From assembly GCF_009914755.1 (NCBI RefSeq), contig NC_060931.1: DNA of 64,000 nucleotides. One strand, written 5' to 3'. The DNA is from the human T2T-CHM13v2.0 reference genome, Homo sapiens. How positions within the stretch are numbered: the first letter of the stretch is position 1; each line of letters opens with the position of its first letter. Made by a program: the position numbers and the translations under genes. The notes below the pieces were generated by a model that was not told the DNA's origin, did no database searches, and saw only the letters and a list, made by a program, of their open reading frames with translations. Shown in pieces: positions 61,260 through 64,000 of the stretch.

Positions 61260-62507
61260 GCTTTGCTGCCTCTCAGCATTCATCCATTGAAGGCTGAGGT
61301 CCACTTAGGGACCAGTAATGGCAAGGGTTATAGAACATCATATTTAGTGTAAATTACATACAGATGCTGAAATAGAAGGTTTATCATCTCACATACTGTG
61401 AAAAACTCTTCCCACACCTCAGTATGAAGGATGCTTGCATGGTGATGTGCACTGGAAAGAAATATTCAAGATGCTGTCTCCGGGGAATAAACTCTTAAGA
61501 CACTGGGAACCATGTTCATAGCATATCTGGGGAAAGAAGATCAGAAACTGCCCCTTTGGTCTGCATGAAACAGCACCTTTTCTGAGAGCAAAACAAAGCA
61601 AAATTCCTAGTGACCTAATATAAAGAGGAGGCTTATAATTTATATAATGAAAATATAAATTATGTTATAATATGATAACTTAGTAGAGGTACATGGTTAT
61701 TGCTTTACAATATAGTCTCTTGGAAAGAAAGCTGAGGTCGTTATACCAATATGGAAAAACAAGTTCATTCTTTCCCAGTGGTTAACTATAAATGTTTTCT
61801 TTATTAAGCAAAATATCCACGCAAGTGTTGTTTTCTTCATTGTTTCAAGGTCAGCAAGGCTAGGAACTGATTAGCAAAAGCAAGCAGTGTCTCTCAGACA
61901 CAGGAGGACAGGCCAGATGGGGGTAAATATTTTTCAGAACAGCAGATTTTCCTCTACCAGCAATCTTTGGGGAAGAGAAGGGAGCTCCTGGGACAACTAT
62001 CAACACAGTAGCAGCCTGGTGCATTTTCTTGTCCTCCCCTGGAGACCTATTTTCTTTGCAAAACTACTGTAATTTTAATGGGCTGCCATTTGCTCATTAA
62101 AGTCACCTGGGAATTTAGTCAGCACACGGACCACAAAACAGGACCCTGTATAATGTTTAGGATTTTGTCGTTTAATAAAACATTTTATAAGCTCAGTGCG
62201 TACCTATTAATAACTGCACTTCTCTGGGCTCAGCAGCCTACCCTGTGGTCTACAGTGCAGTGCACTGACTACTATAGGTGAGTTATAGAGAGATCTTTTC
62301 CCAAGTTCCCATTTGTCTTTATTATGACACTCAAATAGCAGATGATGAGCAATCAGTCATTGTTAAATTCCATCCCTGGGAATTGAACCAGGCTTGGCTT
62401 CTTTTCATTCAAAGTCTTCTTGCAGGTGGCCTCCTTTGGAAAAGGGAGGCCCTGAGCTTCTGATCCCATGGAGGGATTTATTATCTGCTGCAGAGGAGTG
62501 AGTGAAT

Positions 62508-62510
<3 letters not shown>

Positions 62511-62554
<44 letters not shown>
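62511..62554. repeat. (TG)22 microsatellite
   Basis: Read directly from sequence. Confidence 0.97.
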
Positions 62555-62555
<1 letters not shown>

Positions 62556-62763
62556 CTATCACCGATGGAGCAGTTCCTAAAGGCCAGTCCATGAATTGGC
62601 CCTGTCAGAATCTCCCAGGATGAGTGACAAAAACAGGCATTCCTAGTCCCCAGCCCAGACCCACAGAATTATCCTCAAGGACAAGATCCAGAATTGTTTG
62701 AAAACCAGTGCCTCCAATTTTTTCTAATACACAGCCAGATTTGGGAGGCACTTGGAGAACAGA

Positions 62764-62809
62764 ATATTCACCAGATCAGATGTTCATCAGATCAAATGTT
62801 CACCAGATC
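62764..62809. repeat. 16-bp tandem repeat (~3 copies)
   Basis: atattcaccagatcag / atgttcatcagatcaa / atgttcaccagatc. Confidence 0.85.
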
Positions 62810-63147
62810 TACATACTCTGTCTGCATAGTGGAATAGTTCGCTTTTAACAAGAAAAGTGAAAACAAACCAAAACACAGATGCTGGTGCATAGCCACAGAA
62901 TGCATCTCAGAGCCTGACCCTCCCATTCCATGAGTGCTGTTCACAATAGTGGAAATGTGAAAGGTGCCACACAATCAATCAACATGCGTAGAAAACTCAA
63001 AAAAGACACCACTTACTAACAGGCATTGTTTTCTTGCACTTATTACTTATTTCTAGCATGTTTTCTCATTTTACCTTCAGTTCCTACAACTATGGGAGAG
63101 AGGGCTTACATAGCCCCAGGTTCCACATGAGGCATGACTCAACCCTA

Positions 63148-63597
<450 letters not shown>

Positions 63598-64000
63598 AGA
63601 AAGTTTCCATCCTTTGACTACCTTGACTATGTTCCATTGACATATTTCTCAGGGCTTTCTTTAATATCTTCTCACCATAAATACAACAAATCTCAAGTCA
63701 ACGTATCCTAAAATTTGTTGAGAAGGCACCACTTTTTGAAGATTGTGCTTAGGGAAAGCAGTTGTTCCTTTGAAAAAGCCCAGTTTTGTTTCTGATTGGG
63801 AGGTGGGCATTGGGAGGGAAGCACACGCCCCCGAGAGTTCCTAAGGGAAGAAAATTGTGACCAAAGGAAATGCCCCAGTGCTGTCTGAAGACAGAAATCA
63901 GCGACATAAATTGTGAGACATCAAGCCTGGTTCTACTTGTCTTGTCCTATTATCAACTAATGTCCACTAGGGGCTGTCTCTGCTCAGCGACTGCACTCCA

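Noticed and set aside
61635-61663. 11-bp AT-only hairpin ataatttatat/atataaattat
   Set aside because: Low-complexity AT sequence, likely chance.

Overview
Primate (human-like) non-coding genomic DNA, either intergenic or deep intronic; the host locus cannot be identified from sequence alone. No intact protein-coding gene, tRNA, rRNA or CRISPR array is recognisable, and nearly all ORFs in the track are chance or repeat-derived. Clear features are a disabled UBA52 (ubiquitin-RPL40) processed pseudogene on the minus strand (~32.9-33.4 kb), a solo LTR12/ERV9 LTR with 11 CCAAT boxes, a 5'-truncated and 5'-inverted (twin-primed) L1PA4-like element with a perfect 17-bp TSD, ten Alus plus one Alu fragment, MaLR/ERVL LTRs, hAT DNA transposons (MER20, MER58B, Charlie1-like) and many old L1M/L2/MIR fragments. 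The least expected signal is a set of short, locally templated copies and fold-back scars: a ~95-bp dispersed duplicate carrying splice signals (16.2/18.1 kb), a ~125-bp tandem duplication with a templated junction (37.5 kb), a locally duplicated MIR (56.6/59.1 kb), a 25-bp filler inside an Alu junction identical to sequence ~1.5 kb upstream (60.6 kb), and a ~130-bp hairpin-containing inverted repeat pair I cannot assign to a family (59.5/61.2 kb). Repeat subfamily calls come from remembered consensus features and need RepeatMasker/Dfam confirmation. I found no evidence of a new gene system.
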